Of a DNA stretch of 64,000 nt, positions 50,447 to 60,175 are shown piece after piece; the stretch's first letter is position 1, and every line of letters starts with the position of its first letter. The position numbers and the translations under genes were made by a program. Location: positions 96,001 to 160,000 of the forward strand of contig CAWDYW010000003.1 in the NCBI GenBank assembly GCA_963806855.1, written 5' to 3'. This DNA comes from an uncultured Verrucomicrobiae bacterium. Its GTDB lineage: Bacteria > Chlamydiota > Chlamydiia > Chlamydiales > Rhabdochlamydiaceae. The notes below the pieces were generated by a model, which worked only from the letters and a program-made list of their open reading frames with translations, did no database searches and was not told where the DNA came from.

Positions 50447-51310
50447 ATGACTGATTCTCAAAGTAACAAACTCATTGTGTTTGAGGACAAAAAAATCCGC
50501 CGTATTTTTCATAATGGGGAGTGGTATTTTTCCATTATCGATGTCATCGAAGTTCTGGCAGTAACATCTAATCCAAGACGATATTGGCCTGAATTAAAGA
50601 AGCAGCTGATTGATAATGAAGGGTTTATTCAGTTGCTCGGAAAAATCGAGCAACTGAAATTAGAGGCGAGCGATGGGAAAAAATATCTGACTGACACTGC
50701 CAATACTGAAACCCTCCTCCGAATTATTCAATCGATCCCCTCACCTAAGGCGGAACCATTTAAACAATGGTTGGCGAAGGTGGGGTATGAGCGGATTCAA
50801 GAGATCGAAGATCCCGAATTGGCGACCAAGCGAACCCGAGAGATCTACAAAGCTAAGGGTTATAGCGATGAGTGGATTGAAAAGCGGATGCGGGGAATTG
50901 CAATTAGGGAAGAATTGACAGATGAATGGGACAAAAGAGGCGTTAAAATCCAAAAGGAATACGCTATCTTAACTGCGGAGATTTCTAAGGCTACATTTGG
51001 GATGACCCCTACAGAGTACAAGCAACATAAAGGACTCCAGCAGGAGAACCTCCGCGATCATATGACAGATTTGGAGCTGATCTTTTCTATGCTCGGGGAG
51101 GCTGCCACAAAAGAGATTGCAGTCAATCGAGATGCTCAAGGATTTGATGAGAACAAAAGTGCAGCCAAGATGGGTGGAAGAATAGCTGGAAATGCAAGAG
51201 AAGAGCTAGAGCAGGAAACGGGCAAGCCTGTGATTACGCAGGAAAATTATCTTGGCCAACTTATTCCTGTCCCCAATGAAGCGAAGCATTTAGAGGCCGA
51301 AGAGGAATAA
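50447..51310 (+). CDS. Bro-N domain protein (antirepressor-like)
   Basis: EWYFSIIDVI, RIIQSIPSPKAEPFKQWLA, NLRDHMTDLEL. Confidence 0.88.
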   Translation: MTDSQSNKLIVFEDKKIRRIFHNGEWYFSIIDVIEVLAVTSNPRRYWPELKKQLIDNEGFIQLLGKIEQLKLEASDGKKYLTDTANTETLLRIIQSIPSPKAEPFKQWLAKVGYERIQEIEDPELATKRTREIYKAKGYSDEWIEKRMRGIAIREELTDEWDKRGVKIQKEYAILTAEISKATFGMTPTEYKQHKGLQQENLRDHMTDLELIFSMLGEAATKEIAVNRDAQGFDENKSAAKMGGRIAGNAREELEQETGKPVITQENYLGQLIPVPNEAKHLEAEEE

Positions 51311-51467
51311 GTGGGCAAATTCAGTTGTACCGAAAAAGAGTACAACTGGGTTATACCCCGACTCGCCCAAAAGTGTGAATTTGGACCCACGCGAAAGCTC
51401 TCGCGGCTCCAAATTCACACTTTTGGGCGAGTCGGGGTATATTTGGGGGAGTCGAGGATGAAGATGA
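51289..51467. repeat. Direct repeat of 52220..52310 carrying a MITE insertion
   Basis: 91-bp bro-end/hairpin/dtd-end segment plus an 88-bp insertion. Confidence 0.9.
51352..51441. mobile_element. Palindromic MITE, family D (copy 2), TA target duplication
   Basis: TA-taccccgactcgcccaaaagtgtg...cacacttttgggcgagtcggggta-TA; empty site at about 52283. Confidence 0.92.
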
Positions 51468-51477
51468 AATTGCCATT

Positions 51478-52113
51478 TCAGTCCACGGCGATAGAGCGAG
51501 AGCGCGTCATCATATCTATGGCAGGTATATAACCGCGACAGTCTAACTTTCTAAAAAACTTATTGCAGGCAACTTCAAAAGCCCTCTCCAATTTATCATT
51601 CCACTTATCGGGAGTTACCTCTTTAGTGTAGCAAAGTTTGTTCTGCCATCTAAAGCATTGCATTCTCTCTTCTCTCTCTTTAAGCGCAATCTTTGCAGCA
51701 CGATCTGCTTCTTCAAATGCAATCTTTGCAGCGCGATCTGCTTCTTCAATTGCTGTTTTTCTCTGTTCAATTAAAGTACTACCAATAAAATGTATTTCAG
51801 AGATCGTAGTATAAATCTCATACGCTGAAATCATAAGACATATAGCAGCGCCTGTATAAAGCATGGTTTTTTTGGCTAAATAACCTACCCGTCCTGAACC
51901 CTCTTCAAATATATTTCGATTGGGTTCTTGAAGATGATGGGCTTTTTTGGCTAAAGTTAAACCTACTGCAGCTGTACCTGATATAATAAAGAGATTAAAG
52001 AGAAATGGTCTAAAATCTGAAATAGCGCCAGCTAATATTGGTTTTACTATGTTCTCATGGCTATTAACTAAAGTATTATATATTTCAGTGCTAGCAACTT
52101 TTCCAATACTCAT
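51478..52113 (-). CDS. Hypothetical membrane protein, Inc-like (two hydrophobic segments plus coiled coil)
   Basis: Two hydrophobic stretches, then a duplicated EEADRAAKIA; AT-rich; GGAG RBS. Confidence 0.6.
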   Translation of the reverse strand: MSIGKVASTEIYNTLVNSHENIVKPILAGAISDFRPFLFNLFIISGTAAVGLTLAKKAHHLQEPNRNIFEEGSGRVGYLAKKTMLYTGAAICLMISAYEIYTTISEIHFIGSTLIEQRKTAIEEADRAAKIAFEEADRAAKIALKEREERMQCFRWQNKLCYTKEVTPDKWNDKLERAFEVACNKFFRKLDCRGYIPAIDMMTRSRSIAVD

Positions 52114-52281
52114 TATTATGCTCCTATTTTCAAGGCTATAAAATACCGAAAATTGTATTTATTGTCGAGATGAATTTATATAGGGATTATTTTAAACAGC
52201 AGGGTCTTCTAAAGAGGCTTTTAGAGGCCGAAGAGGAATAAGCGGGCAGATTCAGTTGCTAGGAAAAAGCGAGCAACAGAG

Positions 52282-52725
52282 TTATTTGGGAGAGTCGAGG
52301 ATAAAGGTGAGGGGGCCGTCGTTGATGAGTGAGACGGCCATCTGGTCGCCGAAATTGCCGGTTTGAACGATCTTTACACGGGCTTTCATCTCCGCTATGA
52401 ACTGTTCGTAGAGCTCTTTCGCTTGAGGCGGTGGGGCTGCGCTCGTGAAGGAGGGCCGGCGTCCTTGGGAGCAATCGGCATAGAGGGTGAATTGGGAAAC
52501 GATAAGCACTTCGCCATCTGTATCTTTGATCGAGAGGTTCATTTTGGCGTTGGCGTCTGGGAAGATCCGGAGATTGGAAATCTTGTCGGCCATCCATTCG
52601 CAGTTTTGGGGGGTGTCGTCGACATGGGCCCCGAAAAGGATGAGGATGCCCCTGCCGATTATCCCGAGGGTTCTATCATTATTGGTTACGCTTGCTTCTT
52701 TAACAACTTGAACTAAGAGTCTCAT
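52282..52725 (-). CDS. dtd: D-aminoacyl-tRNA deacylase
   Basis: LRIF.D..KMN.S, SQFTL, GRRPSF, NDGP.T. Confidence 0.97.
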   Translation of the reverse strand: MRLLVQVVKEASVTNNDRTLGIIGRGILILFGAHVDDTPQNCEWMADKISNLRIFPDANAKMNLSIKDTDGEVLIVSQFTLYADCSQGRRPSFTSAAPPPQAKELYEQFIAEMKARVKIVQTGNFGDQMAVSLINDGPLTFILDSPK

Positions 52726-52765
52726 AGTCGGAAGAGTTTATTCGGTGTGTTAGAAAAATTCAAGG

Positions 52766-52795
52766 TTGACATTTGGGGCGCGATTTTGTTATAAT
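52766..52795 (+). promoter_or_regulatory. Consensus promoter for the AGCS carrier leader
   Basis: TTGACA-N18-TATAAT with extended TGn. Confidence 0.75.
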
Positions 52796-52838
52796 CGATC
52801 ATTATGCCCATGGTGGGCGTAACAAATAGGAATAAACC

Positions 52839-52970
52839 ATGTATAGGGATGAACTACCGCCGCTGCCGGAACTACAGCGCAATTTATCTAATCAAGTTCC
52901 ATCATTCTTCTCTTCTCTCAAAGGTTTGAAACGCAAGCCTTCTCTTGTTGCTAAGCGAAAGCTTAAGTAA
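52839..52970 (+). CDS. Putative Pro-containing leader peptide
   Basis: MYRDELPPLPELQRNLSNQVPSFFSSLKGLKRKPSLVAKRKLK*; AGGA 7 nt upstream. Confidence 0.35.
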   Translation: MYRDELPPLPELQRNLSNQVPSFFSSLKGLKRKPSLVAKRKLK

Positions 52971-53063
52971 CGCTCTTTTTATTTATCATATTTTTCGCAG
53001 CTATTAACAAGTGTCTCTGAATAGTTTCTATTCGGACTTAAAATTATTTTTATAGGATTTATT

Positions 53064-54380
53064 ATGTTGAATGAAGTTTTCGCTTTTTTAGCGCACGTCG
53101 ATGCGTTTTTTTGGAGTTATATCGGTTTTTCCCTGATTTGCATTTTGGGGCTTTACTTTACTCTAAAAACAGGTTTTTTTCAGTTCCGCTCGCTGCCGTC
53201 TGTTCTCCGGACATTGTTTGAGTTTGTCCGGTTTAGAGGAGGTTCAAATCCGGGAACGCATCCTTTGAAGGTGTTTTTCGCCTCTGTCGGAGGCATGGTC
53301 GGGGTGGGCAATATTGTGGGAATTATCACGGCTCTTCAATTGGGTGGTCCGGGAGCGATTTTCTGGGTTTGGATCGCCGCATTTTTAGGCTCGTTGATCA
53401 AATATGCAGAGGTCTATTTAGGCTTAAAATACCGTGTCCAAAATGACAAGGGTGGCTATGACGGTGGGAGTATCCACTTTCTGCGCAAAGCTTTTAATGT
53501 CCGTTGGATTGGGACGTTCATTTGTATTCTCTTGTGCATCTATGGAGCTGAAATTTATCAGTTTTCTGTGCTGAGTCATAGCATTGCTTCGAATTGGAAT
53601 CTGAACCAAGTAGGGGTCTCTGCCTTGCTACTTGCCTTGATTTTATATGCTGTCATTGGGGGGATACGACGGGTCGGGAAGATTTGCTCAGTCCTGATGC
53701 CCGCTTTTACTTTGACCTACATTGGGATGTGCTTTTGGGTGATTGGTCATCATGTTGAGCAGCTTCCAAGTCTGATTGGGATCATTTTTAAGTCGGCTTT
53801 CACGGGGCATGCCGCGCTCGGTGGGTTTGTGGGGAGTTCTTTGCTGATTGCACTCCAAAATGGAGTTGCCCGTTCGGTCTATTCGGCCGACATTGGGATT
53901 GGCTATGATTCAATTATTCATAGTGAAACCAGCGCTGAAAAATTGGTCTCTCAAGCGCGGCTGACGATATTTGGGGTTTTCATCGATAACCTTGTCTGTA
54001 CCTGCACTCTTTTTGTTGCGCTATGTACTGGCTTATGGTGTGCAGCGCCACAGATCGATTCAGGGGTTGTCGTCCAACACGCTTTAGCGCTCTATTTTCC
54101 TGGCCAAACTATTTTCATGCCTATATTTTTATTTGTTCTTGTCTATACCACTTTGATTTCTTATTTGTTCGTCGGGCTCAAATGTGCAAGGCAGCTCTAT
54201 CCAAGGCATGGAGAAAAGGGCTATCTTGTTCTCGCGGCACTTTTTCTATTCAGCTTTTCATTTCTCGATCAGTCTAAAGCGCTCCTGATGATGTCGCTGT
54301 CAGGGTGTTTGCTGCTGATCATTAACCTAATGGGTATTTACAGGCTTAGAAAAGAGATCGATTTCTCTTTGAGGCTTTAA
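53064..54380 (+). CDS. Alanine/glycine:cation symporter (AGCS) family amino-acid carrier
   Basis: GGMVGVGNI, GGPGAIFWVW, KYAE..LG.KYR, GGIRRVG. Confidence 0.92.
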   Translation: MLNEVFAFLAHVDAFFWSYIGFSLICILGLYFTLKTGFFQFRSLPSVLRTLFEFVRFRGGSNPGTHPLKVFFASVGGMVGVGNIVGIITALQLGGPGAIFWVWIAAFLGSLIKYAEVYLGLKYRVQNDKGGYDGGSIHFLRKAFNVRWIGTFICILLCIYGAEIYQFSVLSHSIASNWNLNQVGVSALLLALILYAVIGGIRRVGKICSVLMPAFTLTYIGMCFWVIGHHVEQLPSLIGIIFKSAFTGHAALGGFVGSSLLIALQNGVARSVYSADIGIGYDSIIHSETSAEKLVSQARLTIFGVFIDNLVCTCTLFVALCTGLWCAAPQIDSGVVVQHALALYFPGQTIFMPIFLFVLVYTTLISYLFVGLKCARQLYPRHGEKGYLVLAALFLFSFSFLDQSKALLMMSLSGCLLLIINLMGIYRLRKEIDFSLRL

Positions 54381-54410
54381 AAAATAATAATAAAAAAAAG
54401 GAGTAATTTT

Positions 54411-55211
54411 ATGTCTTCAAATACAGAAGTAAGATTAAATGCCGTTGGCAACTTTACCAATGGTGTTTTAAGTGAAACAGGTGCGGTTGTTGCAACCCAG
54501 CCTTTAGATACAATCAAAACGTGGATTTTAGCCGGAAGAGGCATTCCTCCGAGGGGCGCTTTATTCAATGGGACTCTTGCCAATTGTTCTGGCGCTATGG
54601 TGCAAGGGGGATTGCCGTTTTTAGTGAATGGTGTCCTGCTCGAACAGGTGGCTCGAGGAGGGGAAGTATCTAAGCAACAGCGAGTCGCTGTGGCAATTTC
54701 AACGGGAGTGGTCACATCGACGCTCATTGCCCCTTTAGAGAGGGTCGCTAAAATCCATCAACTTTTTGGTGGAACGGCCATTGATGCCTTCTGGAGCTCA
54801 ATTAGAAGAGGGTCTGGAGGGTTATTCAAAGCAATCGGTCCTGTAGCCCTCAGGGATGCAATCGTTTCGGGAGCATTTTTTGGCGGCAGATCGGTTGTCG
54901 AGAATCAGTTAGAAGGGGTCGTTCAAGACAAAAGAGGACGGGAGGGGATTGCCAGCGTCAGCGTGGGAGTCATCGCCGGAGCTCTGAGTACACCTGCAGA
55001 TCGTTTGAATGTTTTAATGTCCGGGGATGCCTCCAATGCCTACCCATCGACGTTAAAAACTGCCAAAATGATTCTACAACGCGAGGGAATTAGGGGGCTG
55101 TTTCGAGGAGCGGGCATACGCTCTGGATTTTTAGGAGCCTACATGCTTGTGCTTGGTTTCGGAGAACGGAACTTTCGCAATCTGTTGCCTAGCCTCTTTC
55201 GCAAAGACTAG
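54411..55211 (+). CDS. Mitochondrial carrier family (SLC25-like) protein
   Basis: Threefold repeat with Px[DE]xx[KR]-like motifs (PLDTIK, PLERVA, PADRLN) and G..GL[FY].G motifs (EGIRGLFRG). Confidence 0.85.
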   Translation: MSSNTEVRLNAVGNFTNGVLSETGAVVATQPLDTIKTWILAGRGIPPRGALFNGTLANCSGAMVQGGLPFLVNGVLLEQVARGGEVSKQQRVAVAISTGVVTSTLIAPLERVAKIHQLFGGTAIDAFWSSIRRGSGGLFKAIGPVALRDAIVSGAFFGGRSVVENQLEGVVQDKRGREGIASVSVGVIAGALSTPADRLNVLMSGDASNAYPSTLKTAKMILQREGIRGLFRGAGIRSGFLGAYMLVLGFGERNFRNLLPSLFRKD

Positions 55212-55222
55212 ACCAGTTTTTT

Positions 55223-55253
55223 TTCAACTGTACCGGAAAAAGGTACAGTTGAA
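55223..55253. terminator. Hairpin, probable terminator
   Basis: ttcaactgtacc-ggaaaaa-ggtacagttgaa followed by tttt. Confidence 0.55.
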
Positions 55254-55275
55254 TTTTAGTTAAGTCTGAAGTACA

Positions 55276-55617
55276 ATGCTTCCTATGACAATAGAGTTTG
55301 ATGATTTTTTAAAGGTCGATATTCGCACCGGGACGATTGTTGCAGTTGAAGATTATCCAGAAGCAAGGCGCCCTGCCTATAAGTTGGAAATCGATTTTGG
55401 CGAACTTGGGAAAAAACGGTCTTCTGCGCAGATCACTGTGCATTATAAAAAAGAAGAGCTAATCGGCAGACAAGTCATCGCGGTTGTCAATTTCCCACCC
55501 AAGCAGATTGGGAAATTCATGTCTGAAGTTCTGGTCTTAGGGCTACCAGATGAAAAGGGGGCGGTCGTCCTCTTGCAGCCCACCATTCAAGTTCCGAATG
55601 GTGTCAGATTATTTTAA
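55276..55617 (+). CDS. csaA: tRNA-binding protein / secretion chaperone CsaA
   Basis: DFLKVDIR.G, SSAQIT, VVNFPPKQI, SEVLVLG. Confidence 0.9.
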   Translation: MLPMTIEFDDFLKVDIRTGTIVAVEDYPEARRPAYKLEIDFGELGKKRSSAQITVHYKKEELIGRQVIAVVNFPPKQIGKFMSEVLVLGLPDEKGAVVLLQPTIQVPNGVRLF

Positions 55618-57044
55618 TTCCTTATTAGGGTCACAGTGAAGATGTAATTGGAGGCGTGGGTATCGACGTTGCCGAATTCGCTATCCGTTTCATTCATGGA
55701 ACTTTGGATGCCGCCTACGATGTAGCCAAGGAGGATGGGAGAGGAGTCTAGTTTGTCGAAGGCGATCACCCCATTGGGATAGAGGGGAAGGTTGCTCGCT
55801 GGAAGGAAGTCGGCGCTCGCTCCAAAGAGGAGGGCGGGGCCTGGGGCGGTGCCGAAGCTGGGCGTAATGGTGGGGAAGGTGGCGCTCATGAAGTATTGGG
55901 AATAGTTGCCGGAGGAGTCAATGTGGATTGTGGTCACGTCATTGGTGAAGCCAAGCTCGGCATCTTCGATGAAGGAGCCACCAGGTTGGTAAAAGCCTCC
56001 ATTAACGGAATAGAGAAAGCTGATGCCGCCGAAGAGGACGGTGTACATGTCGTCTGTCTTTTTCGAATAGAGGCCGATCGTGGGACAGGAATAGTTGTTC
56101 ATCCCTTGGGCAAAGGTGGAAGACATGGTCGAGGAGCCGTTGGGGGCAATTTCGATCGGGATGGTCCAGGCGCCGAAATTGTCGCCTGGGGTGAAGACAC
56201 CGCCTAAGGCAACATAGGATTGCTCGAGAGAGGGGCCCTGTTTTGTGATGATGGGGACGATGTTGAGATCGCGTCGACGATAATCTGGGAGGGGTGTCGG
56301 TTGGTTGTAGGGCTGCACGACGAGGGTTTTGCCGTTGTCGAGGATTTGGAATTGTCGCACTTGGTGAGTGTAGATCCCATTTGAGGTGGTATCGATGTAG
56401 CTGCCGATAAAGTTTTGCCCAAAGCCAAGGAGGTAGGGTTGGTGAGGATTGGCTTGGTAGAGGAGCCCTCCGGTCACTTGGAGGAGTGGGTTTGAGACTT
56501 GGCGGATGCACTTGGCGACGCTTTTGGCATTCGGCCCATTTTTGACCCAGTTGATAAGCTTGGGAATGTCGATGGCGGTGAGGACCGATTTGGTTTCGCG
56601 CGTTTGGGTGGCGGTGTTGATTCCGTATCCGCCGATCATGTAGAGGGTGTCGGAGCCGTCGCCTTGGAAAAATTCGGCGTTCGTGACGGAGAGCTGGTCG
56701 ATCTGTTCTTGGGTAAGCCCTGAGGAGGGATCGGTGAGGGCGCGGGAGATGATGGCGCCGGTGGAGGGGGTGAGGACGTAGACGACGGTGTTTTGGGACG
56801 AGACAGGGAAGGTATCCCCAAGGAAGCCGTGCAGGCCGTAGGTGCGCCCAGCGAGGAGGAGAAATTCTTGTTTATGACGACCGAAGACGTAGGCTTGGAG
56901 GCCGTTGGGAAGGGAAAACGAGGCCACTGCGATCTCTAACCGAAAGGGGAGCGAGGTCTCTGGAAGAGGGAAGGTGATGAAGGGGGTTTGGTTGTCTCCG
57001 TAAAGGCTCAAGACGGCCATTAGCGCTAAGAGTATTTTTTTCAT
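55614..57044 (-). CDS. Hypothetical secreted protein, possible beta-propeller
   Basis: Signal peptide; repeated GG-containing beta motifs; coupled to the TolB-like gene. Confidence 0.6.
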   Translation of the reverse strand: MKKILLALMAVLSLYGDNQTPFITFPLPETSLPFRLEIAVASFSLPNGLQAYVFGRHKQEFLLLAGRTYGLHGFLGDTFPVSSQNTVVYVLTPSTGAIISRALTDPSSGLTQEQIDQLSVTNAEFFQGDGSDTLYMIGGYGINTATQTRETKSVLTAIDIPKLINWVKNGPNAKSVAKCIRQVSNPLLQVTGGLLYQANPHQPYLLGFGQNFIGSYIDTTSNGIYTHQVRQFQILDNGKTLVVQPYNQPTPLPDYRRRDLNIVPIITKQGPSLEQSYVALGGVFTPGDNFGAWTIPIEIAPNGSSTMSSTFAQGMNNYSCPTIGLYSKKTDDMYTVLFGGISFLYSVNGGFYQPGGSFIEDAELGFTNDVTTIHIDSSGNYSQYFMSATFPTITPSFGTAPGPALLFGASADFLPASNLPLYPNGVIAFDKLDSSPILLGYIVGGIQSSMNETDSEFGNVDTHASNYIFTVTLIRN

Positions 57045-58072
57045 GATTCCTCGTTTGGGAGGGCGAAATCGGCAATAAACACTTGCGATGTCCCATCTCC
57101 CCGTTTGGATGTCCAGGTGATTTGCTTACCATCAAGACTAAAACTAGGTAATCCCTCGAATGTGTCGCTGTAGGTGAGCCGGACTTGTTTTTTTGTTTCA
57201 ATGTTAAGCAGATAAATTTGATAGGCCTTGTGCCCATGTTTGGAGGTGGTATAGGCGATGATTTTTCCATTCGGATGCCAATAGGGGGCCCAATTGACAT
57301 GCGGGTCATCGGTCAGTTGGAACTCTTCTGATCCGTCGGCACGGATGAGGTAGAGCTGCAGCAGGTGTCTCTCTTTGCGATCAGCCCGAAAGACGATCCA
57401 CTGATTATCTGGAGAAAAGAAAGGGCCGCCATTATAGCAATGCTCTGTTTGGGTGATCTGGTGGGCATTGGTTCCATCGGCATCGCAAATGTAGAGATTC
57501 ATGCTGCCACTTTCATTGCTTGCATAGACGATTTTTCGCCCATCGGAGGAGTAGGCGCATTCCGCGTGGTAGGCGGGACCTGAAGTAAGTGGATGAAGAT
57601 TGGAGCCATCCAGGTCTGCCTCATAGAGGTTCATGTAAGGGGTGAGGGCCCAGACATAGCGGGATGTTGGCTCATTATTAATTTCATCAGATGGCGGAGC
57701 CCCATGACTCGAAGCGAAGAGGATTTTCTCTTCATCGGGCTTGAAAAATCCGCAGGTGCAGGCTCCTTGGCCGGTGCTAACCATTTGGAAGATGCCGGTG
57801 CGCAGGTCGATGATGTAGATCTGATACTCTTTAGCGCCGAGCGGAACGGCTTGAAAAATCAGCGATTGTCCATCAGGTGAAAAGTAGGACTCACCGGCTT
57901 TCTCAAAGCCCATCGAGGGGAATGTGATTTGACGGATATTGTGCAGGCAGAGCGATTCTGGAGAGGGATTTGCCCAAGCAAGTGAACAACAGCTTAAGAT
58001 TAGCAGCCAGAGATATCTAATTTTCTTCCTCGCAAAAAGAAAACTGTATATGATAGTGCAAAAAAATTTCAA
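57041..58072 (-). CDS. TolB-like PD40-repeat beta-propeller protein
   Basis: Repeated (F/Y/W)S.DG..I.F.S motifs; start uncertain. Confidence 0.85.
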   Translation of the reverse strand: MKFFCTIIYSFLFARKKIRYLWLLILSCCSLAWANPSPESLCLHNIRQITFPSMGFEKAGESYFSPDGQSLIFQAVPLGAKEYQIYIIDLRTGIFQMVSTGQGACTCGFFKPDEEKILFASSHGAPPSDEINNEPTSRYVWALTPYMNLYEADLDGSNLHPLTSGPAYHAECAYSSDGRKIVYASNESGSMNLYICDADGTNAHQITQTEHCYNGGPFFSPDNQWIVFRADRKERHLLQLYLIRADGSEEFQLTDDPHVNWAPYWHPNGKIIAYTTSKHGHKAYQIYLLNIETKKQVRLTYSDTFEGLPSFSLDGKQITWTSKRGDGTSQVFIADFALPNEES

Positions 58073-58091
58073 TTCCTTTCTGGAGGTGCAT

Positions 58092-59000
58092 ATGGGTAAA
58101 ACTGTTCAGTGGTTTATTGGTCTAAGTTCTATCGTTGGGTCTGTCTACGCAGATGAATGTGACATGACTCCGATTTTTTACGAGTCTTGCCTCCCTGTTG
58201 GGGTCGATTTGTCGATCGGGCTCGATGATTTTCGAGGGATCTACTCTGGAAGTTGGCAGAATTCTTATGGTGCGCTCGTAGCTCTCAATGTGTCGGTCCC
58301 CTTTACTTGCTCTTTTTCGGGACAGCTCGGCGGCAGCTATGGGGTCTATGAGTGGGCCGGAAGAGGCTCAACCCCTTTCAAGAACTCCAAGTCGGTGCAG
58401 CAGCAAGGGTTTATTACAGTCGCAGCCACCTGGCAGACCATTTGCTGCTCAGGATTGAATGCTGGACTCGCTTACGATTGGATGCTCAATAAAAACTTCG
58501 GCATGTTTGCTGTGAATCCCTTTTTTGATCAGATCAGAGGGCAAATTGGGTATCTATTCTGCGGCAGCGACGAGCTCGGCTTTTGGGGCACTTATGGCAT
58601 TTGCAAATCACATAAGAAATCGCAGAATATTCCTCTAAAATTTAAGGGGATTAGCCAGGTCAATCTGTTTTGGACCCATTATTTTGATTCTAATGCGTAT
58701 ACGATGGTGTGGATTGGAACTCCCTATCAGCGGGGCTTGCACTATGGATCAGGCCGTGCGGGTCGTTTGATATTTGGAGTTCAGTTTGCGGCTCCGATTG
58801 CCTGTTCCTGGAGCATCGAGGGCCACGGATCTTACATGTTCGCACGCCATGATGCAGGGGTGATTCCCTCGCGCAACTACGGGGCCAATCTTTATTTCGC
58901 GCTGACCTATTCGTTTGGGAAAACACGCATCGCAAAGAATCCCTATATGACGATCGGCAGCAACAGCAATTTCATGGCCGACACGAATCAGAATTTTTAG
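58092..59000 (+). CDS. Hypothetical exported protein, possible beta-barrel
   Basis: GGAGG RBS, signal peptide, alternating aromatic/Gly beta strands. Confidence 0.6.
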   Translation: MGKTVQWFIGLSSIVGSVYADECDMTPIFYESCLPVGVDLSIGLDDFRGIYSGSWQNSYGALVALNVSVPFTCSFSGQLGGSYGVYEWAGRGSTPFKNSKSVQQQGFITVAATWQTICCSGLNAGLAYDWMLNKNFGMFAVNPFFDQIRGQIGYLFCGSDELGFWGTYGICKSHKKSQNIPLKFKGISQVNLFWTHYFDSNAYTMVWIGTPYQRGLHYGSGRAGRLIFGVQFAAPIACSWSIEGHGSYMFARHDAGVIPSRNYGANLYFALTYSFGKTRIAKNPYMTIGSNSNFMADTNQNF

Positions 59001-60121
59001 GCTCTGATATAGTTTTGGGCGCGTTTGCACAATGCATGTTTGACGGTCGTGTCGGGCCTCCAACGGAGCGTCATTTGTCCCGGAATTCCTCGGGGATCTT
59101 TGTACGAGAGATCAAATTTGACGGTTGAAAGTGGCAAGTCGGAGTCGAGCTTTTCACCATGAATCTGTATAAATTGTTCTATTCTCTTGCCCTCGGTAAG
59201 GATGCCCAAATCGCATTCTGAGTGACCATTGCGGGCAACGCTTAAGGCGCGATTAACGGACCAAGTGCCTGCCTTCAATTGCGTTGTCGAGAGCTTGATG
59301 TCGCTATATTGGGCAATTACGTGATTATAAATTTGTGAAATGGCAGTCACAATTGTATGCGTGCCTTTGGTTGTATCTAAGTATTTATTTGGAGCAATAG
59401 TTTGTAAAGTTGCCTCTTTATACTCCCCAATACCAATGGCAAACAATTGAGCATTCACAGCTGCGAGTTTTGTAAGAATAGGTGAAACTTGAGCAGGAAC
59501 TACATTGCATTCTCCATCGGTTAAGAGGATCATGATATGGGTTGCTTTTTGATTTACTTTTGCCATGGTCTGAAGTTGATTCGTCGCTTCTTCTAGACCG
59601 GCTAGGATACTCGTACCGCCAGAAGATTTATAGCATTCCAATTCTTTTTTGATTTCGTCAAAGGATTTAATATTCTTTGGTGTAGAGATTGTCAAAGCAG
59701 TCGAAGCGAAACCAACGATCGCGATATTAAAGTTTGCCCCATGTTCAGCTCGGAGCTTAGCGTCGGTCAAAACCTTTAATACTCCCTCCTTTACTTGGTT
59801 TTCACGATCGCCTTCCATGCTCCCGCTTCTATCAATGCAAAAGGTGATGGTGACGTCTGGTGGGAGTGCTTTTCCAGCAGGTGATTCGAGGGTCAGGCCT
59901 GCAATAAATCCCGTTGTTTCAAATGTCACGTTAGGTTTTTGGGCGACTGGTTTTCGCATACATCTTAAGGCCAGTAAGGAGATCACTCCAACAGCAAGGC
60001 TGCCGACTAGCACTTCTTTATTATTCCAGAGGAACGTTTTGGTTGGTTCATTAATCCAAGAAAGATATTTGCGGTAATCAGTCCAAGCGTAGGTTTCAGT
60101 TTCCCAAAATTTCAGGTTCAT
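58997..60121 (-). CDS. von Willebrand factor A domain protein
   Basis: MIDAS DRSGSM, GGT, LLTDG, IGIG; N-terminal TM. Confidence 0.88.
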   Translation of the reverse strand: MNLKFWETETYAWTDYRKYLSWINEPTKTFLWNNKEVLVGSLAVGVISLLALRCMRKPVAQKPNVTFETTGFIAGLTLESPAGKALPPDVTITFCIDRSGSMEGDRENQVKEGVLKVLTDAKLRAEHGANFNIAIVGFASTALTISTPKNIKSFDEIKKELECYKSSGGTSILAGLEEATNQLQTMAKVNQKATHIMILLTDGECNVVPAQVSPILTKLAAVNAQLFAIGIGEYKEATLQTIAPNKYLDTTKGTHTIVTAISQIYNHVIAQYSDIKLSTTQLKAGTWSVNRALSVARNGHSECDLGILTEGKRIEQFIQIHGEKLDSDLPLSTVKFDLSYKDPRGIPGQMTLRWRPDTTVKHALCKRAQNYIRA

Positions 60122-60175
60122 TGTCGGTCTCTCCAGTAATTGAGTAGACAAGATATTGCTATTGGGAGAATTAAT

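Noticed and set aside
50447..51310. Prophage suggested by Bro-N genes
   Set aside because: No integrase, structural or replication genes nearby
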